This document shows, in pieces, positions 35,687-44,506 of a stretch of DNA of 59,625 nucleotides. Under the pieces are notes generated by a model. That model was given only the letters and a program-made list of their open reading frames with translations. It was not told the origin of the DNA and did no database searches. This stretch comes from Oscillospiraceae bacterium (lineage in GTDB: Bacteria; Bacillota; Clostridia; Oscillospirales; Ruminococcaceae). The stretch is taken from assembly GCA_017540225.1 (NCBI GenBank), contig JAFYBM010000146.1:1-59625 (forward strand). Direction: 5' to 3'. Position numbers and translations under genes: made by a program. The first letter of the stretch is position 1. The number at the start of each line of letters is the position of its first letter.

Positions 35687-35920
35687 GAACGAGAAGTAAA
35701 ATCAACAAAACATAGGGGGATTGGGGGATTTGAAACAAGGTTTCATAAACCTCATTCATATTATACTGCATAAACTTAAATGATCCCTGAATTTCTTGTG
35801 AATAAATTATGAACGCCCCGAAAGATTTTTGTGAACAGCCGTGATATTACACATAGATTTTTACAAAATGTAAAATTGTCTTTTTTTCATGATGTATCCT
35901 GCCCTCCATTTGCAGAATAC

Positions 35921-35950
35921 TTGACATTCCGCAAATGTGTATGCTATGAT
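35921..35950 (+). promoter_or_regulatory. possible sigma-70-type promoter, TTGACA-18 nt-TATGAT
   Basis: Read directly, about 55 nt upstream of ATG 36007. Confidence 0.45.
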
Positions 35951-36006
35951 AGAAGAAAAATATAACGGTGTTATATGCTTTTCAATCAATTAAGGGGGTA
36001 TTTGAT

Positions 36007-38955
36007 ATGAAACAGATTCTGAGGCGGCTGACCGCTGCTGCGGCCTCATTTGCCATGACGGCCGCGCTGGCCGCCGCCACGCCCGCGCAGACTGCATCCG
36101 CCGCCAGCACCTACTGGAAATTCGATTTCGGAAACGGCGGCGTGGCAAGCGGCTATACCGGTGTCAGCGCATCGACCGGCTATGATGCCGGCCGCGGCTA
36201 CGGCTTTTCCGGCGGCACCAGTGTTGCCGATGTCGGTGCATCCGGCTCCGGTGCGCTCAGCGATGCCGTGCAGTTCGAGAATGCGGCCGCAAACGGCAAT
36301 TATACCTTCTGTGCCGATGTCCCGAACGGCCTCTATCAGGTTTCAGTCTGGCTCGGCAATACCAACCGCACCAGCATCGGCATCGAAAAAATGCTGCAAA
36401 TCGTCAATATGACCGGAAACGGCGCCTACCACACCCTGCAGGTGCCGGTCACGGACGGACAGCTCAATATCTGCGCCTGTGCAGGCAAGGAAGGCTATGC
36501 TTTCTCCATTTCCGCGCTGGAAATCAAACAGATCTCCACACAGACGCATACCAACCCGACAATCTGGGTCTGCGGCGACTCGACCGTCTGCAATTACTAC
36601 CCGCTGGACAGCTCCGCGCAGGCAGGCTGGGCACAGATGCTTCCGCAGTTTATTGACACAAAGCAATGGCAGGTCATGAATATGGCAGCCTCCGGACAGT
36701 GCGCACGCGGCTTCCTCGATGCCGGACAGTTTGACGTCATCGAGAAAAACGGCCAGTCCGGCGATATTTTCATCATCTCAATCGGCATCAATGACACCAA
36801 TCCGAAAAACAACACGACCGAAGATCAGTATAAAGAGTATATTACCGATATGTCGCAGCGTGCCATGAAAAAAGGAATGCGCGTCATTCTCGTGCAGCAG
36901 CAGGGACGGAACGGCGATGCACAGCGCAGTCCGCTGCTCGATACCAGATGGTACAATCCCGCTGTTGCGGCAGTCGGCGCAAATCTCGGCGTCGAGGTCG
37001 TCAATCTGTTCCAGCTCTGGCAGGATTACTGCCTGACCAAAACCGCAGATCAGGTCTCGGCAATGTATCTGGATGACGGCCTGCACCCGAACCGTTCCGG
37101 TGCGACCGTGCTGGCACAGTTCATGGCGGATGCGATCAACAACGGCAGCAGCATTGAACCGCCGGAGCCGGTCATTTTCAATGACGGCGAAACCGTGATG
37201 TTTGTCAACAAGGAATCCGGAATGTATCTCTCCGTCGAGGACGGGACTGCGGCGGACGGCACCAATGTCTCCCAGAGCAGCAGTGCGCTTGCTTCCGAAG
37301 CAAATACATGGAAATTCGTCAAGGCGGATAATGACGGCGGATACTATATCTACTCCATGCTGGACGGCGGCTCCGCTTATCTGCTCGATGTGGACTCCGC
37401 CAAGACCGAAAACGGCACCAATATCGGCATCTGGAGCAAAACAGGCTCCGATGCGCAGATTTTCCGTATTTTCAAGGACGGCGATGAGTATCACCTCGCA
37501 ACGGCCGTTACGGATTATAAATCCTATGTCGGCATCTGGGGCGGCTCCCACGAGGAAAAAGGCAATGCGATCGAATGGGAAAACGACCGCACCGACAATC
37601 AGAAATGGAGCATCATCAAGCCGCGCACGGCCGAGGATCTGCCGCTTGCACAGGCCAATCTCAACGGTGACGGTGCCGTGACAGCAAAGGATCTTTCCGC
37701 CGCCAAGCGCGTCATTCTCACACAGGACAGCGCCTACAACCGGATTCAGGCCGCCGACCTCAACGGCGATATGCTGGCCGACAGCAAAGATATTGAGATC
37801 CTGCGCGATTATCTGCTCGGCAAGGACGTCACATTCGCAGAGCCGAAATATGCAGCCTCCGAGCAGGAAATCCAGAACGGCTGGCACGAAGAGACAAATG
37901 CCGGCTATCTCTACAAGGATTATCTCGATCTCGATAACAGCACAAGCAGCGGCGTGACATTCACGGTCAATGTCGCACAGGCCGGAAATTACCTCTGCAC
38001 CTTCCATATCGCAAACGGCTCTCAGAATGACCGCGAAATGATGATTACCGTTTCCGGCTCGAGCGAAACATGGAAGCAGAGCTTCCTGACAACCGGCGCA
38101 TGGACAACATGGGAGGAGCGCGGCATCGTCCTGCCGTTTACAGCCGGCCTCAATGCAATTGCGCTGAAATCCAACACCGCAGAGGGCGGCCCGAATTTCG
38201 ATTATTTGCAGCTGACCCTGACCGATGAGCCGGTCGCGGAGGCATATGATCCGAATGCACAGCAGCAGGAGATCCCGACCGACAAGCCGACCATTTTTGT
38301 GGCGGCGGATTCGACTGCACAAAGCTATAAGGCCGATAAGGCACCGCAGCAGGGCTGGGGCTATTATCTGCAATCGAACTTCACGGATGAAGTCACGGTT
38401 GCAAACCACGCAATCGCAGGGCGCAGCTCCAAGAGCTTCTATGACAACGGCAGACTGCAAACCATTCTGGATCAGATCAAGCCCGGCGACTATCTGCTGA
38501 TCGACTTCGGCATCAATGACGGCGATTCCTCCAAGCAGGAGCGCTATGCGCCGGTCTGCAACAATGCCGCCAATCCGACAGAAGGCTCCTTTGAATATTA
38601 CATGACCTTCTATATCAAGGGCGCACTGGATAAGGGCGCGACGCCGATCCTTATGAGTCCGACGCTTTCCATCCGGAATCAGATACAGCCGTTCCAGGTC
38701 GGCTACCGCAATATTGATTCTGCGTGCAAAGCGCTTGCGAACCAATACAGCATCCCGTATTTCGATCTCGGCTATGTGATGACAAACGACTTCAACGGCC
38801 GCGATTACAATACCGTCAGAAGCTACTACATGGGCGGTGTCAATGGCGGCACAGACTTCACACACTTCACGGATGACGGCGCAAAGGTCGTTGCAAAGAT
38901 TATCTGCGACGGGTTGAAGGGAATGAACATCGGTCTTTCCAAATATGTAAAATAA
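36007..38955 (+). CDS. secreted dockerin-bearing carbohydrate esterase with two SGNH/CE12 (rhamnogalacturonan acetylesterase-like) domains, a ricin-type lectin module and a CBM35/6-like module
   Basis: Start at ATG 36007 (AAGGGGG RBS; signal ...TPAQTASA). SGNH-1 has IWVCGDSTV...GINDT...DGLHPN. The ricin-like repeats end in QKWSI. Dockerin is NLNGDGAVTAKD / DLNGDMLADSKD. The CBM-like module has GPNFDYLQL. SGNH-2 has IFVAADSTA...GINDG...DFTHF. Confidence 0.8.
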   Translation: MKQILRRLTAAAASFAMTAALAAATPAQTASAASTYWKFDFGNGGVASGYTGVSASTGYDAGRGYGFSGGTSVADVGASGSGALSDAVQFENAAANGNYTFCADVPNGLYQVSVWLGNTNRTSIGIEKMLQIVNMTGNGAYHTLQVPVTDGQLNICACAGKEGYAFSISALEIKQISTQTHTNPTIWVCGDSTVCNYYPLDSSAQAGWAQMLPQFIDTKQWQVMNMAASGQCARGFLDAGQFDVIEKNGQSGDIFIISIGINDTNPKNNTTEDQYKEYITDMSQRAMKKGMRVILVQQQGRNGDAQRSPLLDTRWYNPAVAAVGANLGVEVVNLFQLWQDYCLTKTADQVSAMYLDDGLHPNRSGATVLAQFMADAINNGSSIEPPEPVIFNDGETVMFVNKESGMYLSVEDGTAADGTNVSQSSSALASEANTWKFVKADNDGGYYIYSMLDGGSAYLLDVDSAKTENGTNIGIWSKTGSDAQIFRIFKDGDEYHLATAVTDYKSYVGIWGGSHEEKGNAIEWENDRTDNQKWSIIKPRTAEDLPLAQANLNGDGAVTAKDLSAAKRVILTQDSAYNRIQAADLNGDMLADSKDIEILRDYLLGKDVTFAEPKYAASEQEIQNGWHEETNAGYLYKDYLDLDNSTSSGVTFTVNVAQAGNYLCTFHIANGSQNDREMMITVSGSSETWKQSFLTTGAWTTWEERGIVLPFTAGLNAIALKSNTAEGGPNFDYLQLTLTDEPVAEAYDPNAQQQEIPTDKPTIFVAADSTAQSYKADKAPQQGWGYYLQSNFTDEVTVANHAIAGRSSKSFYDNGRLQTILDQIKPGDYLLIDFGINDGDSSKQERYAPVCNNAANPTEGSFEYYMTFYIKGALDKGATPILMSPTLSIRNQIQPFQVGYRNIDSACKALANQYSIPYFDLGYVMTNDFNGRDYNTVRSYYMGGVNGGTDFTHFTDDGAKVVAKIICDGLKGMNIGLSKYVK

Positions 38956-38964
38956 GCAGCACAG

Positions 38965-38996
38965 AGGCTCCCTTACGAAAAGGGAGCCTTTGTTTG
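38965..38996 (+). terminator. rho-independent terminator
   Basis: aggctccctt-acgaa-aagggagcct followed by ttgtttg. Confidence 0.75.
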
Positions 38997-39011
38997 TCCG
39001 CAGCCCGTACC

Positions 39012-39040
39012 TTGCATCATTTGCAAATCGCTGTTATACT
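39012..39040 (+). promoter_or_regulatory. sigma-70-type promoter, TTGCAT-17 nt-TATACT
   Basis: Read directly, about 45 nt upstream of the sigma-factor gene. Confidence 0.55.
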
Positions 39041-39084
39041 GATACCTGAAATGTCGTCTATAAGGGTGAGGGTGAAGAAAGGCG

Positions 39085-39657
39085 GTGAACCAGATGTATT
39101 CCGATGACCGGACAATCATTCAGCAAATTGCGGCCCGCGACGAACGGGCAATCGAAGCAATGGCCGCAGCATACGGCACTGTCTGCCGGCGCATCGCAAA
39201 AAATATTCTCGGCAATGCTGCCGATGCAGAGGAAGTGTGCAACGAAGCACTTTTTCGGGCATGGAACGCAATTCCCGCACACCCTCCGGTGCATTTGCAG
39301 GCATATTTAATCACCCTCACACGCCGCATTGCATTCGATCTGCTGAAAACAAACAACCGTTTCAAGCGCGGCGGCGGTGATGTGCCGCTGGCTCTTGAGG
39401 AGCTTGCAGAATGTGTTGCTGCCCCCGATTCCGTAGAGGCTGCAATCGACCGCAGCACACTCAAAGCAGAGATCGACCGCTTCCTCGACCGGCTTTCCGC
39501 GGAAAAACGACGCATTTTCATTGAGCGATATACCATGCTGATGCCGACAGCGGAGATTGCTGCGGCACACGGAATGCAGGAAAACGCGGTCAGAATGGCA
39601 CTTTGCCGGATGCGAAAGGCGCTCCGGCAAACACTGGAAAAGGAGGGGTATCTATGA
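39085..39657 (+). CDS. ECF-type RNA polymerase sigma factor (sigma-70 family)
   Basis: Region 2 is AEEVCNEALFRAWN...YLITLTRRIAFD. Region 4 HTH is RRIFIERYTMLMPTAEIAAAHGMQENAVRMALCRMRKAL. The start could be GTG 39085 or ATG 39094. Confidence 0.85.
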   Translation: MNQMYSDDRTIIQQIAARDERAIEAMAAAYGTVCRRIAKNILGNAADAEEVCNEALFRAWNAIPAHPPVHLQAYLITLTRRIAFDLLKTNNRFKRGGGDVPLALEELAECVAAPDSVEAAIDRSTLKAEIDRFLDRLSAEKRRIFIERYTMLMPTAEIAAAHGMQENAVRMALCRMRKALRQTLEKEGYL

Positions 39658-40856
39658 AGCCGGACGACGTTCTGGAGACAATGGGCGAGATCAGTGAAAA
39701 ATATATAGCAGATACAGCGGAGCACCTCGGCAGAAGCCCGCGCAGATTCCTTGCGCAGCTTGCAAAACCCGCCGGAATCGCCGCAGCGGCCGGCCTTGTC
39801 GGCTTCACGGTGTTCATTGCGGGCGGCGTCATCCGTGACGGCATCGCGCAGCAGAATCCGCCGGAGCAGAGCAATACCGCAGCGCATCAGCCGGAACAGA
39901 CGGAACCGCTGACGACCGGCACCGGACAGCCGGAATCCACGCTGCCGCCTGACCTGTTCGAGGAGCTGCCCGCCGATACCGCAGCGCCCGAAACGACTGC
40001 AACAGATGTCACGACAACGGAACCGGTCATCCCGCCGGCCTTGCAGGATTTTTATGATGACGATGGGAATATCATTTATCCGGATGCATCGTGGGATCAG
40101 AAGATCGGCAGCACGTTCAGCTATAATTACACCGGTGACGGCATCATGGCGATGACGGTCAACAATGCGGTGATCTATGAGAGCTTTGCCGACAGCGGCA
40201 TTGCCTATGAGGATCTCTGCGAAACCTTCCTGAATTATTACATCACAAGCAGCGGCTACAGAAGCACACATGATGACAGCGGGGACTGGGAAGGGCAGGC
40301 TTATTATGTTGCGCCCTATAAAACCTATGTCGGAACAACACAGGTACTGAATAAAGCGCAGATTCAGGCAGACTATGCGGATTACCGGTTTGTCAAGGTC
40401 AGTCTGACCTTGCAGAATATCAATGCAAAATCGCCGTATCCGGAGATAGAGCGCGTGTATTTTTCTAATGATGTTAACGGTTATTACACGGAAACACACA
40501 TGGATACGAATGAAGGCATCGGCGACTGCTATGATTTCAGTGCGCACGATCTGTATATCGGTGTACTGCCGAATCCCGAACACGAGAGTGAACAAAAGGT
40601 CTGGCAGGACTGGCAGCAGTATATTTGCTATTTCAGCCGCAAAGGCGAACTTTACGAGCCGGATGCGCTCGGCCGTGACAGCTGGTTCCATCTGGAGCCG
40701 GGCGAATGCATTACCTTTGAGGTCGGCGGCTTTGTTCCGAAAACAGCACAGCATGATATGTTGTTCTATGAACCCGGAACCGATCTGAAGCCGTATTATT
40801 TCTTCGGACGGGGAGTGTTTTTCCCGCACGTCCGCCTCAGCAGCGACAATCAATAA
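39654..40856 (+). CDS. anti-sigma-factor-like single-pass membrane protein with large extracytoplasmic domain
   Basis: The ATG overlaps the sigma stop (ATGA). It has a short cytoplasmic head (MGEISEKYIADTAEH), one TM, a Pro/Thr/Glu linker and a soluble domain of about 270 aa. No HxxxCxxC zinc motif is present. Confidence 0.6.
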   Translation: MKPDDVLETMGEISEKYIADTAEHLGRSPRRFLAQLAKPAGIAAAAGLVGFTVFIAGGVIRDGIAQQNPPEQSNTAAHQPEQTEPLTTGTGQPESTLPPDLFEELPADTAAPETTATDVTTTEPVIPPALQDFYDDDGNIIYPDASWDQKIGSTFSYNYTGDGIMAMTVNNAVIYESFADSGIAYEDLCETFLNYYITSSGYRSTHDDSGDWEGQAYYVAPYKTYVGTTQVLNKAQIQADYADYRFVKVSLTLQNINAKSPYPEIERVYFSNDVNGYYTETHMDTNEGIGDCYDFSAHDLYIGVLPNPEHESEQKVWQDWQQYICYFSRKGELYEPDALGRDSWFHLEPGECITFEVGGFVPKTAQHDMLFYEPGTDLKPYYFFGRGVFFPHVRLSSDNQ

Positions 40857-40866
40857 AACACAAAAA

Positions 40867-40897
40867 CGGAGCGCTTTCTTTTTCAGAAGGCGCTCCG
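40867..40897. terminator. bidirectional rho-independent terminator
   Basis: cggagcgctttct-ttttc-agaaggcgctccg with an A-run and T-run, between convergent genes. Confidence 0.8.
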
Positions 40898-40939
40898 TAT
40901 CATTTTGATTTGTGCATTCAGCCGCAAGCTGCTGCCGGC

Positions 40940-42463
40940 TTATGCTTCGATCAGTGTTTTTCCGTTCATTTCCTTCGGCTGCGGAATGTTCATCAGCTGA
41001 AGCATCGTCGGTGCAAGATCTGCCAGCACACCGCCCTCACGCAGCTTTTTCGCATTGCTGCCCAGCACGATCGCCGGAACCGGATTGGTCGTGTGTGCAG
41101 TGAACGGCGCACCGTCCTCCTCCATCATCTTATCGGCATTTCCGTGATCCGCCGTGATGATGACCTTGCCGCCCTTGGCAAGAATTGCCTCAGTAACCTG
41201 TCCGATGCAGTCATCAACCGCCTCAACCGCCTTTACGGCTGCGTCAAAAATGCCAGTGTGACCGACCATGTCGCAGTTTGCATAGTTGAGAATGATCGCA
41301 TCAAACTTATCCGCCGCAATTTCCTTGAGCACGGCCTCCGTGACCTCATAAGCGGACATTTCCGGCTTCATATCGAATGTTTCAACATCCGGCGACTTGA
41401 TGAGAATGCGCTGCTCGCCGTCAAACTGCTTTTCCTCGCCGCCGTTGAAGAAGAATGTAACGTGTGCGTATTTCTGCGTTTCTGCGATGCGAAGCTGTGT
41501 TTTGCCGGCCTTTGCAAGCACCTCACCGAGTGTCATGGTCAGCTCCTCAGGCGGGAATGCAACGGATACATTCGGCATGGTTGCATCATACTGCGCCATG
41601 CAGACGAAATGCACCGGGAAGAAACCGTTTCTGCGCTCGAAGCCCTTGAATTCCGGATCGACAAATGCGCGTGTGATCTGACGGGCACGGTCGGGACGGA
41701 AATTGAAAAAGACCACACTGTCATTCGCTGCGATTTTTGCATCCTTTGCAACGACTGCCGGCAGCATAAACTCATCGGTCACACCGTTTGCATAGGAATT
41801 TTTGATTGCCTGAACCGGATCATCCTCCTGCACGCCCTCGCCGTAAACGAGTGCCGCATAAGCCTTTTCAACACGGTCCCATGCATTGTCTCTGTCCATT
41901 GCATAGAATCTGCCGGAAATCACGCCGATCTTGCCGAGCCCGATCTTTTTCAGCTCTGCAACGGCTTCCTCCATGTACTCAGCGGCAGAGGAAGGCGGAA
42001 CGTCACGGCCGTCAAGGAATGCGTGAACATAAACCTTTTCAAGCCCGAAGCGCTTTGCCATTTCCACAAGACCGTACATATGAGTCATGTGGCTGTGAAC
42101 GCCGCCCGGAGAGAGCAAACCCATCAGGTGCAGGGCAGTGCCCTTATCCTTTGCGTTCTGCATTGCTGCTTTCAGTGCGGGATTTTCAAAGAAATCGCCG
42201 TCCTGAATGGATTTTGTGATCTTGACGAGCTGCTGATAGACGATTCTGCCGGCACCCATATTGGTGTGGCCGACCTCGGAATTGCCCATCTGCCCGTCCG
42301 GCAGACCGACATCCAGACCCGACGCGCCGATGATCGTGTTCGGGTATTCCGCAAAATAGCGGTCAAGATTCGGGGTTTTGGCGGCTTTGATCGCGTTGCC
42401 GTAATCGCTCGGATTGATGCCGAAGCCGTCCATAATCAACAGTGCAACAGGTGCTTTGCTCAT
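40940..42463 (-). CDS. gpmI: 2,3-bisphosphoglycerate-independent phosphoglycerate mutase
   Basis: Start at ATG 42463 (AAAGGAG RBS). Blocks LLIMDGFG, NSEVGHTNMGAGR, DGRD and TADHGNA. Confidence 0.95.
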   Translation of the reverse strand: MSKAPVALLIMDGFGINPSDYGNAIKAAKTPNLDRYFAEYPNTIIGASGLDVGLPDGQMGNSEVGHTNMGAGRIVYQQLVKITKSIQDGDFFENPALKAAMQNAKDKGTALHLMGLLSPGGVHSHMTHMYGLVEMAKRFGLEKVYVHAFLDGRDVPPSSAAEYMEEAVAELKKIGLGKIGVISGRFYAMDRDNAWDRVEKAYAALVYGEGVQEDDPVQAIKNSYANGVTDEFMLPAVVAKDAKIAANDSVVFFNFRPDRARQITRAFVDPEFKGFERRNGFFPVHFVCMAQYDATMPNVSVAFPPEELTMTLGEVLAKAGKTQLRIAETQKYAHVTFFFNGGEEKQFDGEQRILIKSPDVETFDMKPEMSAYEVTEAVLKEIAADKFDAIILNYANCDMVGHTGIFDAAVKAVEAVDDCIGQVTEAILAKGGKVIITADHGNADKMMEEDGAPFTAHTTNPVPAIVLGSNAKKLREGGVLADLAPTMLQLMNIPQPKEMNGKTLIEA

Positions 42464-42497
42464 GAAAAAAACTCCTTTGATTGAATTTTGTATTTCC

Positions 42498-42548
42498 ACA
42501 GAATCATGCCGCCGCAAATTCGTTTGCGGCAGCACGCCCTGATTCTGT
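42498..42548 (-). other. 51-nt compound hairpin immediately after a stop codon
   Basis: The outer arms are acagaatca/tgattctgt and the inner arms gccgcaaa/tttgcggc. No T-tract follows on the transcribed (minus) strand. Confidence 0.6.
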
Positions 42549-43019
42549 TCACATACAGATGAACGGTGCGCATACCGGTTCAGGCGGGAACAAACGCCCT
42601 AATACCCAGAGAATATCCCGGCACAGCGCAAGGCCGAGACAAACGCAGCCCAGGATGATGCCGATTTTGGAAAGAGTATATGCGTTCTCGCCCTTTTTAC
42701 GGGAGATGATACCGCAGACAATCGCTGCTGTGCCGAACAGGACGCTGGAAATATGAATACACGCAATCAGCACCGAAACAATGCCGCAGAGCAGCGAAGC
42801 CATTGCAAGCCTGCCGTCATTGACATCCGGCTGCGGTCTTTCCTTTTTCAGCGGATCCTGCCATTCCGAAACACCGCTCCATTCGCGCCGCTCCTGCTCA
42901 GTCATGTAGTGCCTGCGCTTTTCAGCCGCAGTCTCCTGCTCTGCGCAGGTCTGCACACTGTCTTGCTCATTGATTTCAGCCAGCGTGTTCCGGAGCTGCT
43001 CGTTTTTCTGCTCATCCAT
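42549..43019 (-). CDS. DUF4190-like membrane protein (tandem paralog 1)
   Basis: Has a cytoplasmic head with YMTEQERREWSGVSEWQDPLKKE, then TM pairs of the form CGIVS...AIVCGIISRKKG...IGIILG. Confidence 0.65.
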   Translation of the reverse strand: MDEQKNEQLRNTLAEINEQDSVQTCAEQETAAEKRRHYMTEQERREWSGVSEWQDPLKKERPQPDVNDGRLAMASLLCGIVSVLIACIHISSVLFGTAAIVCGIISRKKGENAYTLSKIGIILGCVCLGLALCRDILWVLGRLFPPEPVCAPFICM

Positions 43020-43070
43020 ACTGCTCAGATTCCCTCTCTGCGATCGCTCTTGTTCATGCTGATCCTGTGT

Positions 43071-43499
43071 TTACGCCGGAATCGCCGGCAGATTCCCTGT
43101 AATACCGGGCGCCAGAAGGATTTTGAGCGCCCATATAACCAGCATGACCAGTGCAACACTCAATCCGATTATGCCCAGCACAATACCGGCTGTTGACAGA
43201 TGTCCTTTGCCCTCCTGCCTGGTTTTTGAGATGATGCCGCAGACAATCGCAGCAATTCCGAGAATCGCATTGGCATAGCCGGTACAAACAGTCAGAAGCG
43301 CCGCGATTCCGCAAAGCACCGATGCCAGCGCGAGTTTCCCCTCATTTTCGTTCTGTTGGGGGTGCTCCTTTTCCAGCGGATCCTGCCATTCCGAAATACC
43401 GCTCCATTCGCGCCGTTCCTCATCCGTCATATAGCGCAGACGCTTTTGCTCCGCAGTTTCCTGCCGCTCCTGCGGCTGATTGTTATTCTGCTGATCCAT
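43071..43499 (-). CDS. DUF4190-like membrane protein (tandem paralog 2)
   Basis: YMTDEERREWSGISEWQDPLEKE, then AIVCGIISKTRQ...AGIVLGIIGL. Confidence 0.65.
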   Translation of the reverse strand: MDQQNNNQPQERQETAEQKRLRYMTDEERREWSGISEWQDPLEKEHPQQNENEGKLALASVLCGIAALLTVCTGYANAILGIAAIVCGIISKTRQEGKGHLSTAGIVLGIIGLSVALVMLVIWALKILLAPGITGNLPAIPA

Positions 43500-43504
43500 T
43501 TTGT

Positions 43505-44458
43505 TTACAGTGCCTTGCCGAGGAATGCCGCACCGATGATACCCGCGTCGTTGCCGAGCTTGGCAATCACGATCTCAGTATTTTTCTCAGAATTCTTGGT
43601 ATAGATTTCCTTTGCGACAAGCTCCTTCATCGGCAGGAGCAGCGCATCGCCTTCATTGCAGACACCGCCGCCGATGCAGAGAACATCCGGCTGGAAAATA
43701 TTGATGGTGTTGGTGATACCGGCAGCGAGTGCCCGGATATAAAAATCGACAACTTCCTTTGCATAGGGATCACCCTTGCGCATACAGTCAAATGCGGTAC
43801 GCGCAGAAACCTTGCCCTGCTCTTCAGCCATTTTTGCCATTTCGCAGTCCGGATGCGCTTCAATGGCTTCCTTGGTCATGCGGATCAGGCCGGTTGCAGA
43901 GGAATACACCTCAAAGCAGCCCTTTCTGCCGCAGGTACACTGCGGGCCGTCCATATTCAGAACGGTGTGGCCGATCTCTGCACCGGCAAAATTTGAGCCG
44001 GCATAGATCTTTCCGTCAATGACGATGCCGCCGCCGACGCCGGTACCGAGCGTGATGCAGACCGCATTGGTCGCGCCCTTTGCCGCGCCTGCAACATATT
44101 CGCCGTAGGCTGCCGCATTTGCATCGTTTTCAACGAATGCCGGCAGACCTGTCGCCTCGGAGATCCATTTCACCATCGGGACATTGTGAAAATCCAGATT
44201 GTTGGAATATTCAATGATGCCGGTCGCGGAATTTGCGATGCCGGGCGTACCAATGCCGATCCACTCGATCTGTTCTTTTGTGAGGCCGCCCTCTTTGATC
44301 GCATCCAGTGCGCAGGCTGCCATATCCGCTGCGATTTCCTCTGCGGGACGCGGGCGGTTGGTCTTGCGGGAGACCTTTTTGAGAATATTGTAATTCTCGT
44401 CCACAAGTCCGGCGACGATGTTTGTGCCGCCGAGGTCAATGCCAATGTAATATTTCAT
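43505..44458 (-). CDS. glcK: ROK-family glucokinase
   Basis: Start at ATG 44458 (GGAGGA RBS). Blocks IGIDLGGTN, ENDANAAAYGE, TLGTGVGGG and the zinc motif GHT...C.CG..GCFE. Confidence 0.88.
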   Translation of the reverse strand: MKYYIGIDLGGTNIVAGLVDENYNILKKVSRKTNRPRPAEEIAADMAACALDAIKEGGLTKEQIEWIGIGTPGIANSATGIIEYSNNLDFHNVPMVKWISEATGLPAFVENDANAAAYGEYVAGAAKGATNAVCITLGTGVGGGIVIDGKIYAGSNFAGAEIGHTVLNMDGPQCTCGRKGCFEVYSSATGLIRMTKEAIEAHPDCEMAKMAEEQGKVSARTAFDCMRKGDPYAKEVVDFYIRALAAGITNTINIFQPDVLCIGGGVCNEGDALLLPMKELVAKEIYTKNSEKNTEIVIAKLGNDAGIIGAAFLGKAL

Positions 44459-44506
44459 GTGTTCCTCCATATTTTCACACCCTTGCAGGTGCATTTTAAC
44501 GGTTAT

